A stretch of DNA of 35,708 nt from an uncultured Gammaproteobacteria bacterium (GTDB lineage Bacteria > Patescibacteriota > Microgenomatia > Curtissbacterales > GWA2-41-24): contig CAYGDE010000003.1 of NCBI GenBank assembly GCA_964348615.1, forward strand, positions 1 to 35,708, given 5' to 3'. Of the stretch, positions 35,694 through 35,708 are shown piece by piece. Both the position numbers and the translations under genes were made by a program. Below the pieces are notes generated by a model. The model searched no databases and had not been told where the DNA came from. It saw only the letters and a program-made list of their open reading frames with translations. Numbering within the stretch: position 1 is the first letter of the stretch; the number at the start of each line of letters is the position of its first letter.

Positions 35694-35708
35694 ATAGACG
35701 ATGGAGCC
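35694..35708. repeat. Second copy of the first 15 nt of tRNA-Glu (ATAGACGATGGAGCC), ending exactly at the window edge
   Basis: Identical to 35635-35649, with a 44-nt spacer between the copies. Confidence 0.8.

Noticed and set aside
1-35708. Alternative genetic code (UGA recoding, as in some candidate phyla)
   Set aside because: Well-conserved genes end at TGA (the PNPOx-like gene at 4198-4200, the EEP gene at 5484-5486, dinB at 32608-32610). All long conserved ORFs are intact under the standard code.
1-35708. CRISPR arrays, IS elements, integrases, toxin-antitoxin pairs or known defence-system genes
   Set aside because: I saw no regularly spaced direct repeats and no transposase, integrase or Cas-like translations in any listed ORF. 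The only repeats are the short ones reported above.
35650-35708. A second tRNA gene starting at the duplicated GGCTCCATCGTCTAT
   Set aside because: The 44 nt following the duplicated 5' segment cannot form anticodon or T arms, and it runs directly into the genuine tRNA-Glu.

Overview
This is a gene-dense, AT-rich bacterial chromosomal window that uses the standard genetic code (TGA ends several clear genes, e.g. at 4198-4200 and 32608-32610). The small proteins, the many N-terminally membrane-anchored hypothetical proteins and the near-absence of spacers suggest a reduced-genome uncultivated lineage (CPR/Patescibacteria-like). That placement is inference only. About 37 protein genes and 4 tRNAs are supportable.

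Main content:
- A striking DNA-repair/SOS concentration: uvrB, uvrA and uvrC are co-directional, lexA is divergent from uvrB, and xseA-xseB-holA-like and dinB lie further on.
- A lower-glycolysis/gluconeogenesis operon, ppsA-eno-gpmI.
- secG, a yvcK-like gene, an orphan family-5 solute-binding protein, rsmI, an atypical NRAMP-family transporter, a glycogen-debranching-type glycosidase and a CvpA-CAP fusion.
- tRNA-Arg(TCT), tRNA-Gly(TCC), tRNA-His(GTG) and tRNA-Glu(TTC).

Most unusual items:
1. A 595-aa protein (19887-21674) combines a ParB/sulfiredoxin-type N-terminal domain with a sigma-70 region-4 HTH and then a complete ECF-like sigma2-sigma4 module.
2. An orphan consensus promoter drives a ~57-nt two-hairpin (both GCAA tetraloops) terminator-ended candidate sRNA at 29035-29127.
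3. At least four genes carry a near-consensus -35/-10 pair only 6-9 nt from the start codon, implying leaderless mRNAs.
4. The uvrB/lexA control region holds AT-rich palindromes but no canonical SOS box.
5. A small acidic Met/Gly/Pro/Asp-rich tandem-repeat protein has the strongest Shine-Dalgarno I noticed in the window.
6. A phage-like fragment sits at the left edge.

No CRISPR array, IS element, integrase or recognisable defence system is visible. All functional calls come from motif recognition by eye, not from searches.
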